Positions 10,361-20,400 of a stretch of 64,000 nucleotides of DNA are shown here, piece after piece. Under the pieces are notes generated by a model. That model made no database searches and was not told the DNA's origin. It saw only the letters and a list, made by a program, of their open reading frames with translations. Origin of the DNA: Cyanophyceae cyanobacterium (GTDB lineage: Bacteria; Cyanobacteriota; Cyanobacteriia; Cyanobacteriales; Laspinemataceae); contig JBBQFN010000010.1 of assembly GCA_038321985.1 (NCBI GenBank), positions 1-64,000 on the forward strand, read 5' to 3'. Position numbers and translations under genes: made by a program. Every line of letters starts with the position of its first letter. The stretch's first letter is position 1.

Positions 10361-12451
10361 ATGGCAAGTCTTGAACAAATTATTCAACGAGAACCGAATC
10401 CCTTTGATTCGGAAACATTTTGGTCTGGAAATTTTTGGCAGGAAAAACAAAATCCGGCGTTTACTGTCGATTCAATTCATAGTGAGGCGATCGCCTCCAT
10501 CGAAACCTTACTGAATCAAGTCGCAGAGGACCATCGCACTCGCACGGTTTTATTAGAAGGGGAAACAGGTTCGGGGAAGTCCTATTTGTTAGGCCGAATC
10601 AAACGCATTCTCAATCGCAAAGCCTTTTTTGTTTATATCGAACCCTTTACCGCGAGTGACTATATTTGGCGGCATATTCTGCGGTACGCTGTTGATAGTT
10701 TACTGGAAATTCCCGAGGGAGAAGAAGAGTCACAGTTGATTTTGTGGCTAAAAGGATTATCGGAATTTGAGCATCGCAGTATCATGGATATGATTCGCGG
10801 CGATCGTCAAGTTTTTATCCGTAATCTTAGAGATACCTATCCCACGGGAATCTATAACGCCCACGAATTTTTCGGCGTCCTCTATGACTTGACCAATCCT
10901 AAATTTTCTAGTTTGGCCTGCGAGTGGTTGCGTGGAGATGATTTAGATGAGGAAAGTCTCAAAGTTCTCCGAGTGCAGCATTCCATTGACAGTGAGGATG
11001 CCGCCCAAAAAATTCTATCGAACTTTGGTCGAATTTCTGCTGAAACCCTTCCTATTGTATTGTGCTTTGACCAATTAGATAATATTGCTAGATTGCCTGA
11101 TGGTTCTATTGATTTACCCAGTTTATTCGGGGTAAATTCTGTGATTCACACCCAAAAATTAAAAAACTTTTTAGTAATGATTAGCATCATTACGGATACC
11201 TGGAAACAAAATGCTTTTCGCGTTCAAGCAACGGATAGAGACCGTCTTGATGCCATTGTTCAACTCAAACAAATTAGCCTCTATCAAGGGGAGGCACTTT
11301 GGGCGAGTCGATTGTCAATTTTACACCGTCAATCTGCAACCCAACCGCCTTCTAATTTATATCCTTTAACTCGGGAGAAGTTAGAAGAAAAGTTCCCGGG
11401 TGGAAAAACACGGCCCAGAAATGTCCTGATGTTGGGACGCCAGTTATTTCAGGACCGTAAGTTAGAATTAATGCGCGATCGCGTCGAATATATTGATGTA
11501 GAATATACCCCTGTTCTTGATAGGGAAGGGCATCAGTCCCCTGAAACTGGGAGCAATATTTCGGGAGTACCCAGTTTACCACAATCCGGCGAACCGAAGC
11601 AGGATTTGTTGGCCTCTTTTAAATTGCTATGGTTACGAAAATTTAATCAGACGCAGGAGAGAATTTCTCGAATCCGCCAGTTTTCCTCTCCGGAATTAAT
11701 CGCCATGTTAGCGGAAGCATTAGAAGCATTATCTGTGGAACAAGTCCAGCTTCGCCTACTCGATAGTCGCACTTATAGCAGTTATTCCCTAAGTTATCAA
11801 TTTCCAGGAACATCAGAAACCGTGGGAGTGGCATGGAGTGAGGATGCCAATTTGACGAAGTTTTGTAATTTTATGAAAGTCTGCCAAGAGGCGATCGCAG
11901 CGAAACATTGTCATAGCCTCCATCTCATCCGTGAAGAAAGTATCGGTAATCCCAATAATACCGGATACAAAATTCATGGCGATATTTATCGAAATTCTCG
12001 TCACCATCATCTAAAACCTGACTTGATGTCGGTTCACTATTTAGTCACTTATCATAGCTTAGTCAATGATGCTTGTGGAGGGGATTTAATTGTAGGCAAC
12101 TCCACACCGGATTTAGCTGAATTACAAACCTTAATTCGAGAATCCAAAATTTTGCAATACTGTCCCCTCTTGCAAGAATTAGAACTCGTTCCTAGTCTGC
12201 CCATCGGCGAAGCAACTCGGGAATTGTGGCAACCTGTGGAGGATTTTTTGTTAAATCGGGCTATTAATCAACAATGTATGGCCCGTCAACGATTGCTACA
12301 AGAAGCTACGGTTCAATTTTCCCATATTAACGAATCCCAAGTCAACCATTTAATCGAACATCTTTGCAAAAATCATCCCGAAGTTGCCATTCTCAATCCT
12401 GATGCAAAACTGGAAGATCAGTTAGTCTATTTGGTCAACCCCATGCGATAA
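10361..12451 (+). CDS. P-loop AAA+/STAND-like ATPase (RcaG-like), paralog 1
   Basis: Walker A GETGSGKS, Walker B IVLCFDQLD; lies directly downstream of the rcaD-like gene. Confidence 0.75.
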   Translation: MASLEQIIQREPNPFDSETFWSGNFWQEKQNPAFTVDSIHSEAIASIETLLNQVAEDHRTRTVLLEGETGSGKSYLLGRIKRILNRKAFFVYIEPFTASDYIWRHILRYAVDSLLEIPEGEEESQLILWLKGLSEFEHRSIMDMIRGDRQVFIRNLRDTYPTGIYNAHEFFGVLYDLTNPKFSSLACEWLRGDDLDEESLKVLRVQHSIDSEDAAQKILSNFGRISAETLPIVLCFDQLDNIARLPDGSIDLPSLFGVNSVIHTQKLKNFLVMISIITDTWKQNAFRVQATDRDRLDAIVQLKQISLYQGEALWASRLSILHRQSATQPPSNLYPLTREKLEEKFPGGKTRPRNVLMLGRQLFQDRKLELMRDRVEYIDVEYTPVLDREGHQSPETGSNISGVPSLPQSGEPKQDLLASFKLLWLRKFNQTQERISRIRQFSSPELIAMLAEALEALSVEQVQLRLLDSRTYSSYSLSYQFPGTSETVGVAWSEDANLTKFCNFMKVCQEAIAAKHCHSLHLIREESIGNPNNTGYKIHGDIYRNSRHHHLKPDLMSVHYLVTYHSLVNDACGGDLIVGNSTPDLAELQTLIRESKILQYCPLLQELELVPSLPIGEATRELWQPVEDFLLNRAINQQCMARQRLLQEATVQFSHINESQVNHLIEHLCKNHPEVAILNPDAKLEDQLVYLVNPMR

Positions 12452-12535
12452 CTCCCTTTGCGATCGCTTGGCGATCGCCTCTAGACCGAATTGCATCCTA
12501 ATCACAACTTGTATTCTCTCAAGAAGGAGTCCGCC

Positions 12536-14587
12536 GTGGCATCTATTGATCGCATCATTCAAGAATCTGTAAACCCTTTTGATTCCACCACCTTTAGACC
12601 CGGTAACTTTTGGCAAGAAGACCAAAATTCGGCTTTCACTCTCAGTTCAATCCATCAAGAGGTTTTAACCGAAATTAAATCCGTTGTCGAATGCGTCACT
12701 CAGGACCACAGAACCCGCAGTATTCTTCTATCGGGAGACTCAGGTTCCGGGAAAAGCTACCTGTTAGGACGGATTAAAAGTACCCTCAATTCTAGAGCAT
12801 TTTTTGCCTATATTGGACCCTGGCCGGAAAGCGAATTTATCTGGCGGCATACCCTGCGCAATACTGTTGATAGTTTGATGTGCGTTCCCCAGGGTCAAAC
12901 CGAATCCCAGCTTTTACTCTGGTTAAAAGAATTAGCCGCCTTTCAGGACCGGAGTTTAATAAAACGAGTGTTCGGAGAACGGCAACTATTTATTCATAAA
13001 TTAAAAGGAAATTATCCTGCCGGAATTTATAACGCCAATGAATTTTTTGGCGTTCTCTATGACTTAACTAACCCCAAATTATATTCTCTGGCTTGTGAAT
13101 GGTTGAAAGGGGATGATTTAGATGAATCTAGCTTAAAACTGTTGCGGGTTAAACGGTCTATTGATTCCGAAAATGCCGCCCAGCAAGTCTTATCAAATTT
13201 TGGTAAAATTGCTTCTGCTACACAGCCGATTGTGTTGTGTTTTGATAATTTAGATAATATAGACCGGGGATTGGATGGATTAATTAACTTGCAAGCATTA
13301 TTTAATGTTAATTCTATAATTCACAACCAAAAACTCAAAAACTTTGTTATTATTATAAGTATCATTACAAATACCTGGCAGCAAAACTATAAACGGATTC
13401 AACCGGCAGATTTAGCCCGAATTGATACTAAAATTCGCCTAAGTGCGATCAACCTCCATCAAGCGGCAGGATTATTGGCGATGCGATTATATCCATTACA
13501 CCAATTAGCCGAAACTTCCCCGCGATCGCCTATTCATCCAATCACCGACGAAGACTTAGAGGCCAAATTTCCCGGGGGTAAAACCTTACCTAGATTCACC
13601 CTCATGCTGGGAAGACAACTGTTTCAAGACGCTAAACAGCAGGAAGAGGGAAGAACCGAAAAGGCCCTCTCCCCTTCCCCAGATCAGGCGACTGCTGCTT
13701 TACACCTCGTCTGGGTCAAAGAGTTTAACAAAACCCAGGATAAAATCACCCGTCTGCGCCAATTTTCTGCACCTGAACTGATACAAATGGTGCGAGAAGC
13801 CCTCGAAGCCTTAAACGTGAGTGGCATTCAAGCCAAACTCTTGCCGAGTTCTACTTATACGAGTTATTCTCTCAGCTATCACCTGCCCGCTCAACTGGGA
13901 AGAATTGGCCTTGTCTGGACAGAAGACCCCAATCTAGTCAGTTTTTATCATATCATGAAAGCCTGCGAAAAGGCGATCGCAATGCAACGCTGCAAAACCC
14001 TGTATTTAATTCGCGGAGAACGTTTAGGAACCCGCAAAAACCTGGGGAATAAACTCTACTCCCAACTTTTCACCGGATATCCCCATCGTCACATTTTACC
14101 CGACATGGTATCGGTGCATTATTTAGTAACTTATCATAGTTTAGTGAATGCCGCTTGTGCCGGGGAGTTAGTCGTCGGGAGTTTGACGCCAAACTTAAAG
14201 GAATTACAACAAATGATGCGCGACACGCAGATATTAGAAGAGTGTCCGGTATTACAAACCTTGGGAGTTTTTACGGGATATACCCGCATTATTGGGGTTA
14301 GCGATAATAAACCGAAACAACTCGGACCCTCGGGCGATCGCAGCCAAGCCTTAAAAAAGGCAAAAGAGTATTTACTCGCCTTAGTCAGAACGCAACAAAT
14401 CATGGGTAGAACCGTGTTGATTCAAAATTCCTTAGACCAATTTGCCGATGTGCAAGAATATCAAATAAAAGAGTTACTCTTTCAACTTTGCACGGAAAAT
14501 AAGCTATTTATTTTAGATGAAACTGTCCCCGAATCCGCCCAGTTAGTTTGTGTATTAGAAGCCTTTGGAAATAAAACTAGAAAATAG
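12536..14587 (+). CDS. P-loop AAA+/STAND-like ATPase (RcaG-like), paralog 2
   Basis: Walker A GDSGSGKS, Walker B IVLCFDNLD. Start reassigned to GTG 12536 (AAGGAG at 12524-12529), giving MASIDRII, which aligns with MASLEQII of paralog 1. Confidence 0.75.
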   Translation: MASIDRIIQESVNPFDSTTFRPGNFWQEDQNSAFTLSSIHQEVLTEIKSVVECVTQDHRTRSILLSGDSGSGKSYLLGRIKSTLNSRAFFAYIGPWPESEFIWRHTLRNTVDSLMCVPQGQTESQLLLWLKELAAFQDRSLIKRVFGERQLFIHKLKGNYPAGIYNANEFFGVLYDLTNPKLYSLACEWLKGDDLDESSLKLLRVKRSIDSENAAQQVLSNFGKIASATQPIVLCFDNLDNIDRGLDGLINLQALFNVNSIIHNQKLKNFVIIISIITNTWQQNYKRIQPADLARIDTKIRLSAINLHQAAGLLAMRLYPLHQLAETSPRSPIHPITDEDLEAKFPGGKTLPRFTLMLGRQLFQDAKQQEEGRTEKALSPSPDQATAALHLVWVKEFNKTQDKITRLRQFSAPELIQMVREALEALNVSGIQAKLLPSSTYTSYSLSYHLPAQLGRIGLVWTEDPNLVSFYHIMKACEKAIAMQRCKTLYLIRGERLGTRKNLGNKLYSQLFTGYPHRHILPDMVSVHYLVTYHSLVNAACAGELVVGSLTPNLKELQQMMRDTQILEECPVLQTLGVFTGYTRIIGVSDNKPKQLGPSGDRSQALKKAKEYLLALVRTQQIMGRTVLIQNSLDQFADVQEYQIKELLFQLCTENKLFILDETVPESAQLVCVLEAFGNKTRK

Positions 14588-14593
14588 ACAAAG

Positions 14594-14613
14594 TGGCAGA
14601 TTTTACTCTGCCA
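14594..14613. terminator. Hairpin between convergent genes
   Basis: TGGCAGA-ttttac-TCTGCCA. Confidence 0.45.
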
Positions 14614-14641
14614 ATATACCAATTAGAGGCTAAAAAACCAG

Positions 14642-15436
14642 TTATTTTTGCAAAGCGTCAATCATTTTAATCATAGTTTTATCACCTAACCTATCAATTC
14701 TGTTAACCACATCTTCAAAATTGCTAAATGGCTCAAAGGGGGTCTTTTTTCGCTCCTTGACTATATTATCAATGATTTTTTGCTGGATTCCTGCATTTTT
14801 TAGCCCTGAAACCAGTTGGTTTAGAGGAAATTCTAGATTGTTAAGAGATTCTAATAAAGGAGTGGGTTTTGGACTCCGACTTCCAATATCTTTTAACCTA
14901 TCCTCTAACTTCTTCTCTAAGTTATCCTCGATTCTCTGGAGGTTCTGAGAATACTCAGTCTTTAATTCATTCAGCCGGTTTTCTAACCTCACTTCAATAT
15001 TAGTGAGCCGTACTTCTAAATCCGTTGAAATTGGCGTCTGAACGGGTAAATTATTAATTCTTTCATTATCCGTTTGAAGAGGTGGATGAACCGGGAAATC
15101 TTTAACTTCTTCATTTATTTTTGTCTCTCCGAAACTCTTTAATAACTTCGTTTGCTTGAGGATAATCTCTTCATTTTTGGGTAAAATCACAAACGCATTA
15201 ACCATTTCCCCTTTACGAGGATTTTTTTCTTTTGCTATAACCGCAGCGTAGTATTCTAAATGTCCATCCACTACAGTGTAGCTTTCGGGGCCCGTTCTTT
15301 TTAAAACTAAAGGTTTTAGGAGTCCTTCACACTCTAAAATAAGGTTGGAAAGACTATCTAGCAATGGTTCAGATAAAGTGGAACGAGATACGGTAGAGTT
15401 GATACTTTTAACATCTACTAGGGAAAAAGAAATCAT
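14642..15436 (-). CDS. ParB/Srx-like N-terminal domain protein with coiled coil and C-terminal helix-hairpin-helix-like domain
   Basis: GLLKPLVLK...YTVVDGH.EYYAA (ParB-like boxes, degenerate Arg patch); C-terminal IVKERKK..F.NFEDVVNRIDRLG.KT resembles ComEA-type HhH; ATGA overlap with upstream parA. Confidence 0.6.
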   Translation of the reverse strand: MISFSLVDVKSINSTVSRSTLSEPLLDSLSNLILECEGLLKPLVLKRTGPESYTVVDGHLEYYAAVIAKEKNPRKGEMVNAFVILPKNEEIILKQTKLLKSFGETKINEEVKDFPVHPPLQTDNERINNLPVQTPISTDLEVRLTNIEVRLENRLNELKTEYSQNLQRIEDNLEKKLEDRLKDIGSRSPKPTPLLESLNNLEFPLNQLVSGLKNAGIQQKIIDNIVKERKKTPFEPFSNFEDVVNRIDRLGDKTMIKMIDALQK

Positions 15437-16911
15437 CGGTTTATTCCTGTTTTTGTTAAGACTTCCATCGCTAAGGCTTCAAATTCTCCCGAGGATAAAG
15501 AATCGGGATCATACTCTAATATTGATTTGGGTTCGGGTATATCGTTTCCCATCGGACTTGTATTATTAGTGCATTGAGAAAGAATGGTTCTTTCGTAAAT
15601 AATTGTATCCATTAAGGAAAGGCTATATCGATCAGGAATCACACTCGCTTGTTTAGGAAAAGTATATTGCAGAAATTTCGCGTTGGTTGAAATTTTAGAA
15701 GGTAAGACACCTAAAATATTAAGGGGTCCTTTTCCAATCATTTCGCGAAATTCATTCACTTGACTGATAAATTGGGTAACACTGGGTAACCCTTGATTAG
15801 CAAAAGGTTTTAAATCAGACGGAATAATTAGATGATCGGCAGCAATCAACGCGACTTCTGCATATAAATCCCGGGAGGGAGGAGTATCTATAATTACAAA
15901 ATCGTATTCTTTTTCTACTCGGCTCAACTTGGTAACTAACCGAGTTTTACTTGCCCCGATTTGATTCAATTTATATTGCCCTTCAATAAGAGTAATATGA
16001 GAAGGAATTACATCAATTTCTGGATTATTGAAATACTCAGATTTCCGAGCAACATCTGATACAAAAGAAAAGTCTCCTGATTCCAAAAGATGATAAACAT
16101 TATTATCTTTTAAATTGTCATCTTCTTCAAAGATGAATTTAAGTAATCCTGTGGCAAAAGTTGAATTAGATTGAGCATCTATATCAATTAATAGGACCTT
16201 CTTTCCTTTTTTTCTGAGGGCAGCAGCTAAGTTAACTGCAACTGTTGTTTTTCCAACGCCGCCTTTGTTATGATAAACAGCAATTACTTTCAAAGCAGAT
16301 TTCCTCTTGGTATTAGAATTTGGCTCAACAACGGGTTCGGGATGAAAGGGAGTGGGCGGAAATAATTCCTCTGGAAATGGGATGGAAAAAGGGATTGTTT
16401 CCGATGCTTGTTCAGGAATTGACTCCTCCCTAATTTGAGGGGAATTAGAGTCAGTATTCGGGGAACCCAGGGTTTGTCTATGGTTACTACTCTCTTTCCC
16501 AATTAAGGCATTTATTTCTTCAAGATTGGCCTCAATCTCTTGTCCCAAGCATTGAAGGACTAGCTCGATTTCTTCCCCCACTCGTTCATAAATCCGCATT
16601 TCCTTGCCATTTGTGAGGACCCCATATTTAACCTGTAGTTTCGTTAAATAGCGCTTAAACTTTCTGAGGTGTTTGTCTAGGTTCTGTTTGGGACTTTTGG
16701 CCTCCATGACGACACTCAGGGGAGAATTCGCATCAAGGACAAAAGGAACGGCTTGGATGGCAAAGGCTAAGAAATCTAACCGAATGCTACTAAAGGCAAC
16801 TTCTTGATGCCAACTGTCTGGGGTGTAGCCTAATGCTGGCAACAAGTAACTGACGATTAGTTTACTCTCGACTTCGCTCTCGTTTCGGCAAAGGTCTGGG
16901 TGGAAACTCAA
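15433..16911 (-). CDS. ParA/Soj-family ATPase with N-terminal type I restriction enzyme HsdR_N-like nuclease domain
   Basis: N-terminal NESEVESK..LL.ALGY, RLDF, VMEAK, YGVLTNG (PD-(D/E)XK, HsdR_N pattern); C-terminal HNKGGVGKTT, IDIDAQSN, IIDTPP. Confidence 0.85.
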   Translation of the reverse strand: MSFHPDLCRNESEVESKLIVSYLLPALGYTPDSWHQEVAFSSIRLDFLAFAIQAVPFVLDANSPLSVVMEAKSPKQNLDKHLRKFKRYLTKLQVKYGVLTNGKEMRIYERVGEEIELVLQCLGQEIEANLEEINALIGKESSNHRQTLGSPNTDSNSPQIREESIPEQASETIPFSIPFPEELFPPTPFHPEPVVEPNSNTKRKSALKVIAVYHNKGGVGKTTVAVNLAAALRKKGKKVLLIDIDAQSNSTFATGLLKFIFEEDDNLKDNNVYHLLESGDFSFVSDVARKSEYFNNPEIDVIPSHITLIEGQYKLNQIGASKTRLVTKLSRVEKEYDFVIIDTPPSRDLYAEVALIAADHLIIPSDLKPFANQGLPSVTQFISQVNEFREMIGKGPLNILGVLPSKISTNAKFLQYTFPKQASVIPDRYSLSLMDTIIYERTILSQCTNNTSPMGNDIPEPKSILEYDPDSLSSGEFEALAMEVLTKTGINR

Positions 16912-17445
16912 CGTTTTTTACCTTGATAATCCGGTACCTTACTGAATCATTCTACATCTTACCTGACTGGAGATGAAACTTCAAAGATATCTTAATATTT
17001 TTTAACAAAAATAAGCGGTAGACTTTGTTCTGTAGAACACTCTATCTTTAAGGGTGGAGGGCTTTTAAAAACTGAATCCGGACCGGACCCTCTAAAATTT
17101 CTAAAGTTTTGTAAAAAAGCGATCGCTCGGTCCCAAATTGCACTTTGATAAACTTGGGGAGTTGTTATTCCCTGCAAGCAACGGATGAACCTATACCCCC
17201 TTCAAAGACTAGGAAAAAGTTTCACAGATATTTTTAGTAAAAGAGATAAGATAGGTAAGCCAGTAATGGATTATGTCAGGAGAGGAACAAATTACCAGTA
17301 TGCCTGTGAGTCAATGCCCATCGAAGGTTTAGGTAATAAAAAGATTGATATTGATGGAAATAGCTTACAATTAAATCAATCTTTGGAGAGTATTAAACGT
17401 GTGACCTGGCTATGATTTTACTTTTATCTCTTATTATTTAAAAAA

Positions 17446-17473
17446 GTAGAGGCAATTCATAAATTACCCCTAC
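17446..17473. repeat. GTAG...CTAC imperfect palindrome (REP-like), probable terminator of the NOS gene
   Basis: GTAGAGGCAATTCATAAATTACCCCTAC, 24 bp past the NOS stop. Confidence 0.6.
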
Positions 17474-17497
17474 AATTTCAGATGTTTTTAACAACTA

Positions 17498-20400
17498 CTA
17501 ACTTGCAGAACTCAGTATCATTTCATCTTCCTGCTTTTCCAGTTTCTTAAATACCGTAATCTCTTCTTTTCCTCCCGAAATATTCTTACCAACCACATAA
17601 AACTCTAGGGGATAAATCCAGTTTGTATCCATTGGTCCGTGAATTTGAATACCTGTCATGACGGCATATTCAAATATTGATGGATCAACGACCGTGAACA
17701 AATTTTGGATATCTTTAGAGATAATTTGCGCGCCTAATTTTGTGATGTCAATTAAATTTGGTTTATCTCCATAGTGAATGTTGGAAAGAATTTTTTGGCG
17801 AATGATGGTTTGTTCCACATCCTGCATATCCATTTCTAACTTGAGCTTACCGGATAATAGTTCTTTGGCGATCGCCTCCAATGCACCACAAGCATGAGAA
17901 ATTTTTTGGATACCATAGCGGTAGACTTTGCCCACTTCTCCATCTTTAGAAATGGCAATGTGCGGCATAGCATAAAAGACAAACCGCCGCTTGTCATCAA
18001 CAATTGGCACATGATCGGTAGCAGCGGCTATAGCCGTTTTTCCCATCATCACAAACCCTGCCAAGCTTGAGCAATTGAAGGAGTTTCCCCACGTGCTGAC
18101 TACTTCAGTCGAAAATGGTTCAGTGATTTCATCCCGACAGATGGTAGTCATCCCCATGGTATTTTTGTGTTCAAAACCGTAATCACCCAATGTCTCGTAG
18201 GTGATTTGCATATAGACTGGCATGGGTAGAGCGCCGGGGAAGTGCTTCTGGAGGGCTTCGTAAAAGATGGGGTTTGATTCGGGATTGTAAGCATCTACGG
18301 AATCTTTGATCCGATGGAGCCAGAGTTCGGCTTTGGAATAGTTATTTTTTTGTACCTGTTGGATGGCTTGTTGAAAGTTGAGTGTCACCCCCCAAACATC
18401 GGTGAAAAAGCGTTTTTCTTGCTTCATCCGGTCAAAGAATTGCACCATTTCTGTATGGGTGAGTTTTCCTTGCTTTTTAGCTATGTTCATCATCATTCCC
18501 AAGACATCATCTGCCATTTTTGCATCCCCACAAACATAGTAATGACATTGGGGATGGCTGAGGATTTGCCAGAGTTTTTCGGGCTGCTGTTCCATCAAGT
18601 TTTGGAGATATTGCTTCTGCTCACCCAACCGAGAAAAAGCTACATTTAACTCTGTGAGAACGCCTTGATTTTGCCAGGTTTGCAACTCTTCCTGATAGAT
18701 AAAATCACTGTGATTGCGACACCCGAAATACAGACTGGCTTCACCTAACGGCACTCCTTGGTTTTGTAGTGCTTCCCGATGCTGAAGGAAGGCGATTAAA
18801 GGAGAAACCCCCGTTCCTGGTCCCACCATCAACATCGGTGCTTGGGAATCAGCAGGAGGACGGAAAGCAGAAGTAAGAACACCAATCCGCACAGAGGAAC
18901 CAGGTTGCAGTCCAGCCAGATAGTTAGAACAAAGTCCCTGACGTACTTTACCTGCATCTGTTGTGATTTGCAGTACACCGACTGTGATTTGAATTTGTCG
19001 AGGGTGGAGTAATGGACAGGAAGAAATGGAGTACAGCCGGGGTTTTTGTTTGGGTAACAATTCCAAAAGTACACCCAGTTCAATGGGGGCCGAAGAAAAT
19101 TCCTCGAACAGATCCACCACACTGATAAAGTTATCTGTGAGGTTCTTTTTGAGGGCGATGCTATCGGGGTTTTCATCTCCCTGGTGCAAAATTTCTAACC
19201 AGCTTTCCAGCCGATATTTTTCCTGGGGGTTCTCCACGGTGGAATACAGGTAGACCAACAAATCAGTAAAGGGTTCTCGCAATGCCAGATCTAGGTATTC
19301 CGAGAAGACTTGATGAACAGTGTTAGGAACGACAATAGGAGGTTGATCTTCTAATGATTCACCGCTAGAAGTAACGTATTGAGCCGTAAAGTAAGCATTA
19401 GGATTAAGGTTGAGGAGATCGCACAATCGCTGTACCAACTCTGGCGGATTGCAGGGATGCACAGCAACGTGATCACCTGTTTCATATTGAAGGTCAGTCT
19501 CACCCAAATCAAAGGCAATAAAGCGAGTAGAACGACTACCGGCAATCACTTCTTGCAGCAGTTCTTGATTGGCAACCACAGGAACAGAAATACCGCGTTC
19601 CCTTGCAGATGGGGGAAGTGTCGCTTCTTCAAGGAAGGTAACGGTAAGTTTAGCTGTAGAAGTTGCGGTACTACCAGATGTCGTATCTTCACCAATCACG
19701 CGGGAAACTAAGCCTAACCACTGTTTAAAAGTTTCTGCCTGTCCTTTAATTTCATCACCTTTGTGAATCGGTAAAATGCGGTTTGCCCCACCTTTTGCCA
19801 ATGCCTTATCTACGGAAATTGCCGCTGCACAAAATTGTTCATAGACAGTGCTACCAATGCCCAACACCGAATAATTTAAGCCCTGAAGCGAACCCTTGGG
19901 CTGTTGTTGTAACCATTGTAGAAATCGCTTACCGTTGCTTGGCATTTCACCGTTACCAAAGGTCGAGGTAACAACCAGCAATAGCTTTTCTGATGCCAGA
20001 TTGTTGGTGTTATATTCATCCAATGCCATTACCTGAGGACGGTAGCGATTGAGTTGACGAGCAGCTTTGCGGGCAAAACCTTCTGCTGTACCCGTTTCTG
20101 AAGCATAAAGAATCAAAATCCGGTCTTGTTTATTTCCGTCCTCATCAGCAACCACCGTGAGTTTTTCTAGATCCAATCCATCTTCAACTGCCCAACGGTC
20201 AGCCGCATTATGATAGGCAGGTTCTAAATAAAAATCTCGCATGGCATGATGCCACACTGGACATACACTGCCGCCAATGGCGGGTACAACCCAAGCCCAT
20301 TCCGCTGGACATTCTCTACCGGCTTTCTTTTCCCGCAAATCATGAGTCATGAATTGACGGGAGGCGGTTTGGTGATCCACCATTGTCACCTTTGCTTTTT

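Noticed and set aside
12491..12535. TTG start for ATPase paralog 2
   Set aside because: GTG 12536 has the RBS and aligns with the paralog's Met1
15433..16911. Type I restriction-modification system
   Set aside because: Only the HsdR N-terminal nuclease domain is present; no helicase, HsdM or HsdS
17185..17415. 76-aa ORF between parA and NOS
   Set aside because: No recognisable motif or RBS; could be a remnant but cannot be supported
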